The position numbers were made by a program, and so were the translations under genes. Positions 24,201-36,500 of a DNA stretch of 64,000 nucleotides are shown one piece after another. Position 1 is the first letter of the stretch, and the number at the start of each line of letters is the position of its first letter. The notes beneath the pieces are model-generated. The model did not search any database. It worked only from the letters and a program-made list of their open reading frames with translations, and was not told where the DNA came from. Origin of the DNA: Macrostomum lignano (taxonomy: Eukaryota); the NCBI GenBank assembly GCA_002269645.1, contig NIVC01002314.1, positions 62,001-126,000 on the forward strand. Reading direction: 5' to 3'.

Positions 24201-25670
24201 CCTACCACAGGGTAAAATAGTCCAGACTCAAAGTCTAAAAAACCTATCTCAGGGCAAAATACCTAGCAAGTAATCTATGATCCTCTGGTCCCAGGAACAC
24301 CTAGGACTGAGAGAATAAAAATTTTTGGAGTATAGAGATAGGATAAATAGTGCCATAAGACCACTTAGGCCAGAAGTACATATACATATGTTACTAGTAG
24401 ATTAATATATGCACTACCAGTAGATAAATATATATGGTACCAGAAGTACAAATATCTATAAAAGTATAAGAATTATAGGGACTATTAGAACAACTTTGGT
24501 GTTAGTAGTAGAATAAACTAGATAGAGAGCAATCAGCATTGTTACAACTTTGGTGGCAGCTTTAGGAAATTTATAGGGTATGAATTTGAAAAAGTAGTCC
24601 TACAACAGCTGGTGGCATGGCATCATTGAGATTATTGTAGAGGAAAAAGCACTGCAACATATATATATATGTATAGTAGATAAAATAAAATAAAATAAAT
24701 TAGGCAATTATGATATTTGCCTAAATATGTCATCTATAAATCTATAATAAACATATCTAAATGTCAAATATTTATTGGTCCTTATACTAGATTTGTGAGC
24801 TAGCTATTATTCATTATTTTGCCACTAATAAGTAATAAATTATAATAATCACAGAAAAATCAAGTATCAGCTTAGATATTATAATTTATTTTTTAACTGA
24901 TAATGAATAATTTATTTGAGCTCTACTGTGCTAGAACTGTGTTTTTTATTATAAACAATATAAAGCATAGCTAAAAATTACATTTATTGGCTTTTTTTTT
25001 AAAACACTGTGCTTTAAGATAAAATATATGATGCATTTTGCATAATATAATAAATTAGCTACCAGGTATAGCATAGGCCCTACTGTGTAATAAATAGGCC
25101 TAACTTATATAATTTTAAAATAAAACTGACTACCCTTCACTTTAGTATATTAATTATCAATAAGTACTTTTGAGTTTTAAATATACAATATTCTGGAAAC
25201 TCTGCCAGGGCCAGTCTCACTGCAACACTGAGTGATAATTTTCTCTCCAACTTGTAGGCTTTAAGACTTATCCCTCCATCTGCAGCTAGGCTTGACTCAG
25301 CTGTTTTCTACCAGCAGGTGCTTTGCTGACCCTTGTACCAACGTCTATTTAATAACAATGATAATAATAATACAATATTAAGTTATAAACCTTTATTAAA
25401 TGGGCCACTGTGTTGTGTTTATGTGCTGCTTAGGGATTGTATAAAATAATTAAATAAAAATTAATCGAGTACTTACTTGATAGAGATATCATAACAATCA
25501 TTGTCTGTGAGGCATCGCGTATTACATATTGGTTTGTTCTTGTATCCCTGTAGAAATTTAACACTTACACAGAAAAGCAAGGAAAAGAAAACCGTTCCTA
25601 GAATAACCTCTAATATGTGAACTAAATGCAATGGGACAGCTACTACAGACGGTATAATAGTCAAAGCCAT
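21290..25670 (-). CDS. TLCD3: TLC-domain protein, TLCD3/FAM57-like, paralog B (complete, 5 exons)
   Basis: Exons 25477-25670, 22403-22492, 22109-22304, 21828-21923 and 21290-21553 join in frame. Motifs FWLLNAW...YYLYD, LMMLHH, GKGDFIVACFFLMDFSVPF, NGIVL...SRIVLL and QGYWF. Intron phases match paralog A. Confidence 0.9.
23462..23822 (-). mobile_element. tRNA-derived SINE with 12-bp target-site duplication
   Basis: Head GGGGCCGTAGCCCAGTGG (A box) ... GGCTCGATTCC (B box), A-rich tail, TSD GACTAACTTTCT at 23450-23461 and 23823-23834. The 3' domain is shared with 45136-45460. Confidence 0.9.
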
Positions 25671-26061
25671 GACGATGACAGTGATAGATGAACTGCAAAA
25701 TCATAAAGAGAAAGTAGGAAATAATAGCTATTAAAGACTTATTTTACTTATTCCTCTAGTCGTCTAACCGACTGACTCTAGTCAACCGTCAGAAAATGAG
25801 AATTGCTGGCGCTGTTTCGTTTGACAAAAAGGGCAAAAAAAGGAAGGGGGGCGATAAATTAAGTTAAATATATTGTAAATTAAAGAATGTGAACTCTTTG
25901 TAATAGCGCGTCAAAAGAAGCTAAGAAGTCATAGTTACGAAGCAAAAAATTTATATAATTATACGTTATACTCAAAATTTTCCTGTTTAGCCGACTAAAA
26001 ATGAAATTTATAAATTTTATCATGTTTGAATTTGTTATACATTTTGGAATACACAGTACTA

Positions 26062-27262
26062 ATTCAACTCATTTCTGCGCTCATCCAAGGCCAGCCAGGT
26101 TGAGCGGGATGCACTGCTTTCGTCCGGTCAGAGCATTGATGGCGGACCAGGCCACGCGACATTTGGCGTCGGGTCCAGCGGCGGGCGGTGACGGCCTGCT
26201 GGATGGCGTCGTCAACAGCAGCGGCCTGAATTGCCGCTGCAGGTACACGTAGACAGCTACCAGATCCTCCTCTACCTCGCGAGTTGGCCACCTACCCAGA
26301 TGGAGCCTCTCCGCTCTTCCTTCGCTTACCGAATCGCAGGGTCGTCCTGCCTGCAGATCGGTTGCATCAGCGGGATATCCTGCCTATACTCCGCCGCGGC
26401 TTTAACCGCAGCTCACTTACCTCCATGTACTTGGTGTGCGCCCGCACCTGTCGACAAGCGCACTGACGTAGGCATTAGCGAAATGGCGATGGGCCTGGGC
26501 CTACATGTACGGACCTACATGTACGCAAAACCTTGTTCAGGTCTCCGAGGACGACCACTGTGTCACGCTGCGCCGTCTCCTCCACCTGTGCCGTCTCCTC
26601 CATCTGCGCCAAGAGCTGCTCGAAGAAAACTTGAGCCTGGTCAGGTCGGGTGGCAGGAGGCGCGTACGCGCAGAACAGGCAAGCGTTACGGCCGCGAAGC
26701 CAGACGTCGACCCGAAGCAGCCGATCAGACATGGAGATGCAGCAACAGCTCTGCTGCAGCCTCGGTCCGATCAGCGCTCCAACTCCTGCACGGCCTTGTT
26801 GGTCCGCCGACGTGTAACAGAGGGTCCAACCGGCGCTCAGGTCCTCACAATGAATTCCCGGGTCGGCCCTGATGGACACCTCATGCAACGAGATGACGTC
26901 GCATCTGAGGTCGGGCGCTAGCTGCGCCAGCAGCCCTTTCCACCAGGTGGCCTTTAGAGTGCAGCAGTTCAGCTTCCCGACCCGAAGCGTGGCCCTGTGG
27001 TACGGCTGTGTGGCTCAATGACAATAAGCCTCACGGTCTACGGTGCTACCCGGAAGATCCGATTGGCCAAAGATGGCAGCAGCTCGACGGGCGGAACCTC
27101 GTTGCCGATCTCGCCGGTTTCCTTCACGCCGCCGTTCAACTCGCCGGCACTCGCTATGCCCTCGCTTGGTCTTTCCGCTGTTGGCCGCCGCAGCAGTTAA
27201 GCATAACTCTCGGATTACACCACTGGGAGGTCGCGGCGAATATCTGCACCGAGGTGCAAATC
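26062..27262 (-). mobile_element. Internally deleted non-LTR retrotransposon (APE endonuclease, RTE-like)
   Basis: Minus strand reads LNCCTL...DVISLHEV...AGVGALI...CAYAP...VVLGDLN (APE motifs), followed by short disjoint fragments (WSAINALTGRK). No RT domain; GC-rich block. Confidence 0.8.
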
Positions 27263-27830
27263 TAATATAAGTCTGCAAATATAAAAAGTCACAAATAAGT
27301 TACTATAGCTTCACCCAACACTCCGCCAGAATGATTTGGGTTTCCGCTTTGAACTGCTCGGCCAACTGCATCAGAGTCAAACACAAATACGAGCGTAGGC
27401 CTAACTGTTTCCGGGCCTGTAGTAGTGACAGAATATTTGCACTGCGTGTAATTAAGTGCATAACAGCAAGTATACATTAAACAGTCAAAAACCCACTGTC
27501 TAAACACTACTATAGCTACCCAACTGTTATCCAAGCTATACCAAAGTAGCCCAAAAGTTGCACTGGGTCGCTTATAATGCATTGATCTACTGTTTTACGA
27601 AGTCAAACATTCAATTTGCTCTCATTCGCGCGGACGTTCCAATCTATTTGCTTTCCATTATCTATAAAAGAGAAAAGTTCTATATTTTTCGAACAAATAT
27701 AAGTCTCCCTGCTGAGGGGATAAAAGCCAGAACTATATAGCTGTGAGCTGAGCCCGCGGCCATCACTCCAGCAGTGCAATTGTCTGATGTTTCGCTTGAA
27801 TTACCATAAAAAACCAAACGGAATTCAACA

Positions 27831-28778
27831 ATGCTTAACGGCATGCCACAGAACTTGCTGCCGATCACGATGACTCTGTTAACTGTTGGCGTCCTGCTGA
27901 ACTGCCTGCTGCTGCTGTTCGCCCTACGTCACCGGATCGCCTCTCGCTCTGCCACGCTGCTAGTCCGAAGTCAGGCGGCCATCGACGCGCTCGTACTGGC
28001 TAGCAGCGTTGCCTTCGTTCAAATAAAATTGATTCCTAAGCCAAGCGATGCAACGTACCTCCATGTCCATACTGGCTGGTACTTGTACTGCATCTTCGGT
28101 GATAGAAGTCAAATCATAGCTTGGATGCTGGTAGATTGCAGCGTTTTCAACCTCGTGGCGTTCTCTATCGAACGGTGCTTGTGCATCTGCTGCAACTTCT
28201 GGTGGCGACTGCACAAGAAGGCGGCAATGAGGATTCTATTTGTGGGAATCTTTCTCGGCACGTTTGTCGGCTACGTCCCCCTGGCGCTGGTTACCAATTG
28301 GCCGCACGAGGTTTTGAATGGGAATCAATCCTCAGTCGGCTGTCTAACTAACGGTAATCAGAACTTTGAACAACTATTCTCAACACTTGGCGTATTGTGC
28401 TCAGTGGTAACTGGGCTGGTCCCGATGCTGAGCATGCTGATTTGCTATGCGGCTATCATGGTCAGACTGCGCAGATCGTCAACGGTTTCATCATCAGCGT
28501 CGATTAGCAACTCGGATGCCGCATCGAAACGGTTCACCATCATTGTTGGCGTCACTGTTGCCGTCTTTATTGTGTTCAACTTTCCCGGCATTGTGTACTA
28601 TTTGCTTTGGAATCTGTCCATCGTCACGGATGACTTGATACCTGCAGACATATCAAGCCTGGCTTTTCCGCTGCTCTCTGCAGCGAACTCATTGGTAAAT
28701 CCGTTAATTTACTTGGCGTTTCATCGAAAATTCCTCAAGTTTCTGTTTTGCCGAATCAAGAAAGCTGAGAGGACATGA
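27831..28778 (+). CDS. Intronless rhodopsin-class (class A) GPCR, orphan
   Basis: 315-aa ORF with 7 hydrophobic segments, FSIERC (E/DRY-like), CYAAIMVRL at the end of TM5, FNFP in TM6 and NSLVNPLIY (NPxxY). Confidence 0.9.
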   Translation: MLNGMPQNLLPITMTLLTVGVLLNCLLLLFALRHRIASRSATLLVRSQAAIDALVLASSVAFVQIKLIPKPSDATYLHVHTGWYLYCIFGDRSQIIAWMLVDCSVFNLVAFSIERCLCICCNFWWRLHKKAAMRILFVGIFLGTFVGYVPLALVTNWPHEVLNGNQSSVGCLTNGNQNFEQLFSTLGVLCSVVTGLVPMLSMLICYAAIMVRLRRSSTVSSSASISNSDAASKRFTIIVGVTVAVFIVFNFPGIVYYLLWNLSIVTDDLIPADISSLAFPLLSAANSLVNPLIYLAFHRKFLKFLFCRIKKAERT

Positions 28779-30705
28779 TTGCACTTTGGTAAAGGCAAAT
28801 AACAAAAGTTTTGACCGCAATATTGATCATTTTAGCGCAACCCTTAAGGTGATAAACACACTGCTCTTTGGACTCTTTGCTGAAATTACGCTTGTAAATG
28901 TATCTGCTTGATTAATAAACATACTCGGTTATTCTATCACAAAAACATCATGATGTTTAAACCTTCGAATCCTGATAAGAGCAGTATACCGGTTTTAAGA
29001 TGCCAATCGTCATTTGTAAATGAGTCGGCATCAGAGTAGGGCCATGCTAGAAATATCCAGATGCTCATCAACAGAATCTACATAATTCGTCACCATATTA
29101 GTTTTTTGCGTAATACAAGTTTTGCCTATAGTAAATATTAAAATACTAAAATTTTGAGCGATAATGGATTGCATGTTGACAGTTAGAAAAGTCTATTATT
29201 GCATTTGGCGATGTTAACTGATTGTTTGGCTACTAAAAACTACTAAAAGTACTAAAAATTGCTTGTTATTGATTTTTTTAACCAACCATTCGCCACCACA
29301 ATTGAAGCTTTCTAATTCTCTGTTTGGCGTACAGTCAAACAGAACAGTCACAACGTACCTAGATTGTCGACTAACAAATGCTGTTTTGAAGGATGCAACT
29401 TAGGAACAGCTGCTTCTAAAAGCAAAATGACGAATTGCCGACGTCCCAAATTTAGCAAATTTCCCATGTGGGCTCTTCTTAGGCACAGCGGGACTGGCAT
29501 CAGGGATGGTGATGATGTCTAGACAGAATTTCACCCGTTCCCGTCCGACAGTTTACACTCGTCTTTACTGGTACAAGCAATTTATTATATTTCTGCATAA
29601 ATTCGACATTTTGCGCGCCTGCATCGAGCAGATCAAAGTTGAAAGATAACTCAAATTCTCGAAATTGGACCATATAATACCCATCATATTATAAAGTGCA
29701 TGTACCTACACGGTCTCATTCTGGTTGCACTTAAGTGACACTGCCGCACTTGACATTGTGCGATCTTTTTCTCGCCAAAGGAACTCGCATATTTACGCGT
29801 GGAAAATCCAGTAACTCGATGCAATGGTCACCCATTTTGGCATCCATGAAGGTTAAATCTAAGTGTCAAGGCTTATTGGGTATCGCTTAAATGCTGTGAC
29901 TTATGGAGAGAATTGCTGAAACGTCAAGGCTCATGAAGGGAATTGCTGAAATGCTGTGGCTCATGGGCGGTTGCTAAAATACTTTGAGAGATACTGATAT
30001 CTTAGGCTAGATAGCTGGCTTTCAGGGCCCGTTGCTTTTTTGCTTTCAACATCAGTTGTCTTAAGAAATTAACAACAAGCTAGGACTGTACAAGGTCAAA
30101 ACCAACATGAGCATGGATCAATGTTCGATCGCCATGACTACAGAGTACTCTATGAGTCAACAGTTTTTTAGCAATAAACTGTAAAGAAGTGACTCAGCTT
30201 TGCTTAGTAAAAAGGGAACTAGTCATGCCTGTTGATGTAGTATGCAGTACTGACCACAGTGGTACTGTGGTACTGACTGACTCTTAATGGTTAACCTTGT
30301 TAAGGACATGGCACACTTTATTTAGCGACTCAGCCCCTGTCCTGCACTTCAGTCTAATTAATGGCCTAAGCACTGGGTCATCATCATCTACGATTTGCGC
30401 CTCTGTGGGTTTTTTTACAGCATCTCTCCTTATAAGTATAGACTGACTCAATCACAAGCGGGGGGCAGCAGGTGCCGTAAGGCCTTTATGGGAGATCTGC
30501 TAATAAGCTTCACATTGCATCATTCCTACTCTAATTAAGATCCTTAGGCTGTTTTATTTCGAGTAAAATCAGCGCTTGCACTAATTCTATGCCTAAAATT
30601 TTGACCTAGCATGTTAGATCTGCCAACTGAAGATAGGACTGAGATCTTTTAGCCACTGTCTCAATCTACCATGTTGATCTACCATATAGATCTACTCGTA
30701 CCATC

Positions 30706-31010
30706 TAATCTGCCATCTAGATCTGCCATCTAGATCTGCCATCTAGATCTGTCATCTAGATCTACCATCTAGATCTGCCATCTAGATCTGCCATCTAGAT
30801 CTGCCATCTAGATCTGTCATCTAGATCTACCATCTAGATCTACCATCTAGATCTGCCATCCAGATCTACCATTAAATCTGCCATCTAGATCTGTCATCTA
30901 GATCTACCATCGAGATCTACCATCTAGATCTGTCATCTAGATCTGTCATCTAGATCTGCCATCTAGATCTGTCATCTAGATCTACCATCTAGATCTGTCA
31001 TCTAGATCTA
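30706..31010. repeat. 13-bp minisatellite TCTAGATCTGCCA
   Basis: About 23 copies, with overlapping palindromes TCTAGA/AGATCT. Confidence 0.92.
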
Positions 31011-31578
31011 TCGTCGAGATTTACTATTCATATCTTATATAACTCGAGTACGCACTCATAGTCATATTTATATCATTACATGTACTTTATTGTCAGTATG
31101 CAGCCCTGTGCTCAATACACCAAAATGTATTAACTTAAAGCTGTCTAGTCAATTTACTTTCTACTTGGTAAATTGACTCTCATTGATAAAATATCCCTAG
31201 ACAGTCAACCAACCCGAAACCAGAACGAAATCCTAAACGCTTACTCTAATCTGTCAAGGCGTTCGTGCGCTATACACAATTCTCTAATAATCTTTATTTA
31301 CAACTCCCGTGTCCTCAGTTAACCTTCGTTTCAATGCCAAAACTAGGCAAGCTTTAGCTTCAGGATATACTATATCTTATATATTGCTCCAGCCAGTTCA
31401 TTCTAGGAAACCCCGGGTCACGGCTTGGCGCAGCAGGGGGGGGGTTGGATTCTGAAAAAGAGTAAGAAAAGAACATAAAAAATCAAGAAATTTGAGAGCT
31501 ACCGTAGATTAGCAAAGTAATTTTAATTAGGACTATTTTCCATACAGAATCATAACCAATATTTCTTATTAGATGGTT

Positions 31579-32050
31579 TTAGCACCAAGGGGCGCCAGCA
31601 CCAAGGGGCGCCAGCACCAAGGGGCGCCAGCACCAAGGGGCGCCAGCACCAAGGGGCGCCAGCACCAAGGGGCGCCAGCACCAAGGGGCGCCAGCACCAA
31701 GGGGCGCCAGCACCAAGGGGCGCCAGCACCAAGGGGCGCCAGCACCAAGGGGCGCCAGCACCAAGGGGCGCCAGCACCAAGGGGCGCCAGCACCAAGGGG
31801 CGCCAGCACCAAGGGGCGCCAGCACCAAGGGGCGCCAGCACCAAGGGGCGCCAGCACCAAGGGGCGCCAGCACCAAGGGGCGCCAGCACCAAGGGGCGCC
31901 AGCACCAAGGGGCGCCAGCACCAAGGGGCGCCAGCACCAAGGGGCGCCAGCACCAAGGGGCGCCAGCACCAAGGGGCGCCAGCACCAAGGGGCGCCAGCA
32001 CCAAGGGGCGCCAGCACCAAGGGGCGCCAGCACCAAGGGGCGCCAGCACC
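31579..32050 (+). repeat. Perfect 16-bp minisatellite GCACCAAGGGGCGCCA
   Basis: About 29 invariant copies; one inverted unit follows at about 32085. Confidence 0.97.
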
Positions 32051-32589
32051 AATTAAGGGTCCCCAGCCCATGGGAGAAGGGCGCGGCCCCTTGGTGCCCC
32101 CTCTGTTTACTCCTCTGTTTCTGAAGATGGTAAACTAAAAAAGCCTATATCTCAAGACGAATAATCTGCACTAGATAGCAGCATTCAGCAAGTCAGTAAA
32201 AGCCTTGATGCGAGGCAGCTGGTTCTGTGCATCGGCAAATAAGATATGGATTTCTTGGACTTAAACACAAACAATTGATGAGCTGGAAACAGCCCTCCAC
32301 ATGATGGGGTGTGGTTTATTTGATAAAGTTTTCATATTGACACAGTGTAATAAAACACAAAATACTGCTTCAGTCTTGACCTTGAATTTTCTGTCTAACA
32401 GAATCCTGAATATGATGTCTTACATTTAAAATATTCACTATACTAAATTAGTTGGTCTTTAGTGTCTAACATTGGGAGTATTATGTCTAACTTACTTAGG
32501 AACACAGTATTTAACTGTGAGGAACATGGAATGTAACATTTTAAGAGAATGTTATATTGTATATTACTAATATCCCCACTGTATATATT

Positions 32590-34117
32590 ACAGTGGGGAA
32601 TATTGGTATCTAACAGCAGGGAATATTGGTGTCTAACAGTAGGGGAAATTTGGTATCGAACAGTGGGGAATATTGGTATCTAACAGCAGGGAATATATGG
32701 TGTCTAACAGTGGGGAATATATGGTGTCTAACAGTGGGGAATAAATGGTGCCTAACAGTGGGGAATATATGGTGTCTAACAGTGGGGAATATATGGTGTC
32801 TAACAGTGGGGAATATATGGTGTCTAACAGTGGGGAATAAATGGTGCCTAACAGTGGGGAATAAATGGTGTCTAACAGTGGGGAATAAATGGTGCCTAAC
32901 AGTGGGGAATAAATGGTGCCTAACAGTGGGGAATGAATGGTGTCTAACAGTGGGGAATAAATGGTGCCTAACAGTGGGAATATATGGTGTCTAACAGTGG
33001 GAACATATGGTGTCTAACAGTAGGGAACATATGGTGTCTAACAGTGGGGAATATATGGTGTCTAACAGTAGGGAATATATGGTGTCTAACAGTAGGGAAT
33101 ATATGGTGTCTAACAGTAGGGAACAAATGGTGTCTAACAGTGGGGAATATATGGTGTCTAACAGTGGGGAATATATGGTGTCTAACAGTAGGGAATATAT
33201 GGTGTCTAACAGTGGGGAATATATGGTGTCTAACAGTGGGGAATAAATGGTGCCTAACAGTGGGGAATATATGGTGTCTAACAGTGGGGAATAAATGGTG
33301 CCTAACAGTGGGGAATAAATGGTGTCTAACAGTGGGGAATAAATGGTGCCTAACAGTGGGAATATATGGTGTCTAACAGTAGGGAATATATGGTGTCTAA
33401 CAGTAGGGAACATATTGTGTCTAACAGTAGGGAACATATGGTGTCTAACAGTGGGGAATATATGGTGTCTAACAGTAGGGAATATATGGTGTCTAACAGT
33501 GGGGAATAAATGGTGCCTAACAGTGGGGAATAAATGGTGTCTAACAGTGGGGAATAAATGGTGCCTAACAGTGGGGAATAAATGGTGCCTAACAGTGGGG
33601 AATAAATGGTGTCTAACAGTGGGGAATAAATGGTGTCTAACAGTGGGGAATATATGGTGTCTAACAGTGGGGAATAAATGGTGCCTAACAGTGGGGAATA
33701 AATGGTGCCTAACAGTGGGGAATATATGGTGTCTAACAGTAGGAAATATATGGTGTCTAAAAGTGGGAAATATATGGTGTCTAACAGTGGGGAATATATG
33801 GTGTCTAACAGTGGGGAATAAATGGTGCCTAACAGTGGGGAATATATGGTGTCTAACAGTGGGGAATAAATGGTGCCTAACAGTAGGGAACATATGGTGT
33901 CTAACAGTGGGGAATATATGGTGTCTAACAGTAGGGAATATATGGTGTCTAACAGTGGGGAATATATGGTGTCTAACAGTAGGGAATATATGGTGTCTAA
34001 CAGTGGGGAATAAATGGTGCCTAACAGTAGGGAACATATGGTGTCTAACAGTGGGGAATATATGGTGTCTAACAGTAGGGAATATATGGTGTCTAACAGT
34101 GGAGAATAAATGGTGTC
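32590..34117. repeat. 24-bp minisatellite GGTGTCTAACAGTGGGGAATATAT
   Basis: About 63 copies with a few recurrent SNP variants; occasional 23-bp units shift the frame. Confidence 0.96.
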
Positions 34118-34555
34118 AGGAACCGTTGCGGTCAACCAAATAGGAATATTTCTGTCTGATATGGTAAACCCGAATGCAGTCTTAACCTGTGACGAGACTC
34201 TTATCTCCCATCAGGCCTCTACTGAAACAGTCACGGCCTACTGAGTAACTCAATGGACAACGTCAATTCCTTGTGAATCGTTATCAGCTGGAGTGTAGAA
34301 AAACAAAACAAGCAATATGTGTTTTTTTCCAGCTTTTAAGGAAAAGAAGGCGTGCGAGAAAGAAGCTTTTGGGAATCTTGACACAAAAAATATTTGCCAA
34401 AGGCTAAAAATAGAATCAGCTAAAAATAGACACTCATAGGAACGAAGTTTAAGCCAAGGCTAGGGAAATGTGAAGATGTATGTAGTTATTATGCCATGAA
34501 GACGCTCAACTTTGTCTCGGCCCATAAACTAGTCTTGAACCCTTCATGGCCATAG

Positions 34556-34910
34556 AAGAGATGAGAGAGGAGAGATGAGAGAGGAGAGATGAGAGATAAG
34601 AGATGAGAGAGGAGAGATGAGAGAGGAGAGAGAAGAGAGGAGAGATGAAACAGGAGAGGAGAGATGAGAGATGAGAGATGAGAGATAAGAGATGAGAGAT
34701 GAGAGAGGAGAGATGAGAGAGGAGAGAGGAGAGATGAAACAGGAGAGAGGAAAGAGGAGAGAGGAGAAATGAGACAGGAGAGATGAGAGAGGAGAGATGA
34801 GAGAGGAGAGAGAAAAGAGGAGATATGAGAGATGAGAGAGGAGAGAGGAGAGATGAAACAGGAGAGAGGAAAGAGGAGAGAGGAGAGAGGAGAGAGGAGA
34901 GAGGAGAGGA
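34556..34910. repeat. Polypurine low-complexity tract (GAGATGAGAGAG-like)
   Basis: Almost only A/G on the plus strand. Confidence 0.85.
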
Positions 34911-35763
34911 TACATAGATAATGAAGAGCTAAATATAGAGTAGAATATTGCTTATTTCGCATCCGCAGCCATCATTCGCTCATGATATTGCCGCTGAGAT
35001 CTCATTAACACAGACCTGGATTCTGCCTTTGGTTCTAATTACAGCCGTGCCTCGCTTCTACTCCATCCCTGTCTTTTATCTTTATTTTCGGTCCTATCCC
35101 CAGAAGACTGTAGAAATGACAAAAAAAGAAGAAAGTTTCCTGCGGTCGAGTAGTTGCTAAAAATAGATCCTATCAATCACTAGGCGGTCGGGGCGCACTG
35201 GTGGCACTTTGCATGCTGGCCTGGGAATCAAGGATACAAATGAGATTGATAGTGAGAAGCGCTGGAAGCAGAGGAAGCTCAACTAAGTATATATATGTAG
35301 TGGCCTGAAGTGTTGCTAAAATTAGATAAACGAATCCCTACTCTGAGCCTTTGGGACCAATTTGCCAACCCTAATTGGCTGTAGTATTGCATGCGGTTCT
35401 CCCGGGAGGGCCCTCAGCCCCTGAAGGCCAGCAGATCTCAAGCGCCGCGGTTTCTTTCAAGTGAGATCGTATAGCAATACTGCAACTTTCATGGCAACAT
35501 TCTGTCAGAGATTTGATGCCAAAATTGAAATTTTCTTTTGCATCCACTATACTAAAATTGCTTCCTAGGTTCAATAAAATTAATGTGGGCAATTTGTCAG
35601 AATGTCGATTTAGAAGACTGACCATTTCTGGTTTAGGAATTCCCTAGCGAGCATTTGAGTTGAGCAGGTTGGTCTTTTTAAGAAACTATTTGAAGCAACT
35701 CTGTACCTCACTCGGTGATGTCTAACATGTATTTCATAAAACTGGCACTGTGCGAAGAGGCCT

Positions 35764-36500
35764 AGGTGTGTCTGAGGTGTCTGCAGTGTCTGAGGTGCCT
35801 GCTGCAGTGTGTCTGAGGTGTCTGCACTGTGTCTGAGGTGCCTGCAATGTGTCTGAGGTGTCTGCAGTGTCTGAGGTGTCTGCAATGTGTCTGAGGTGTC
35901 TGCAGTGTGTCTGAGGTGTCTGCAGTGTGTCTGAGGTGTCTGCAGTGTGTCTGAGGTGTCTGCAGTGTCTGAGGTGTCTGCTGCAGTGCGTCTGAGGTGT
36001 CTGCTGCAGTGTGTCTGAGGTGTCTGCAGTGTGTCTGAGGTGTCTGCAGTGTCTGAGGTGTCTGCTACAGTGTGTCTGAGGTGTCTGCAGTGTCTGAGGT
36101 GTCTGCTGCAGTGTGTCTGAGGTGTCTGCAGTGTGTCTGAGGTGTCTGCAGTGTCTGAGGTGTCTGCTGCAGTGTGTCTGAGGTGTCTGCTGCAGTGTGT
36201 CTGAGGTGTCTGCAGTGTGTCTGAGGTGTCTGCAGTGTCTGAGGTGTCTGCAGTGTGTCTGAGGTGTCTGCTGCAGTGTGTCTGAGGTGTCTGCAGTGTG
36301 TCTGAGGTGTCTGCAGTGTCTGAGGTGTCTGCTGCAGTGTGTCTGAGGTGTCTGCAGTGTGTCTGAGGTGTCTGCAGTGTGTCTGAGGTGTCTGCAGTGT
36401 GTCTAAGGTGTCTGCACTGTGTCTGAGGTGCCTGCAATGTGTCTGAGGTGTCTGCAGTGTGTGAGGTGTCTGCAGTGTGTCTTAGGTGTCTGCACTGTGT
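35764..36500. repeat. 17/19/22-bp compound minisatellite GTGTCTGAGGTGTCTGCA(GT)
   Basis: Mixed-length units with degenerate ends. Confidence 0.93.

Noticed and set aside
26231-26921. Plus-strand 213-aa and 138-aa ORFs
   Set aside because: They are antisense to the recognisable APE endonuclease fragment.
28840-30310. TTAA-flanked piggyBac/Kolobok-like termini (also near 47318 and 53760)
   Set aside because: Could not pair convincing TIRs.
31550-34143. Long ORFs (up to 348 aa) such as CLTVGNIW, FPTVRHHI and WCWRPLVLAPLGAGAP repeats
   Set aside because: They are artefacts of stop-free satellite units, open in several frames and both strands, with no unique domain or splice context.
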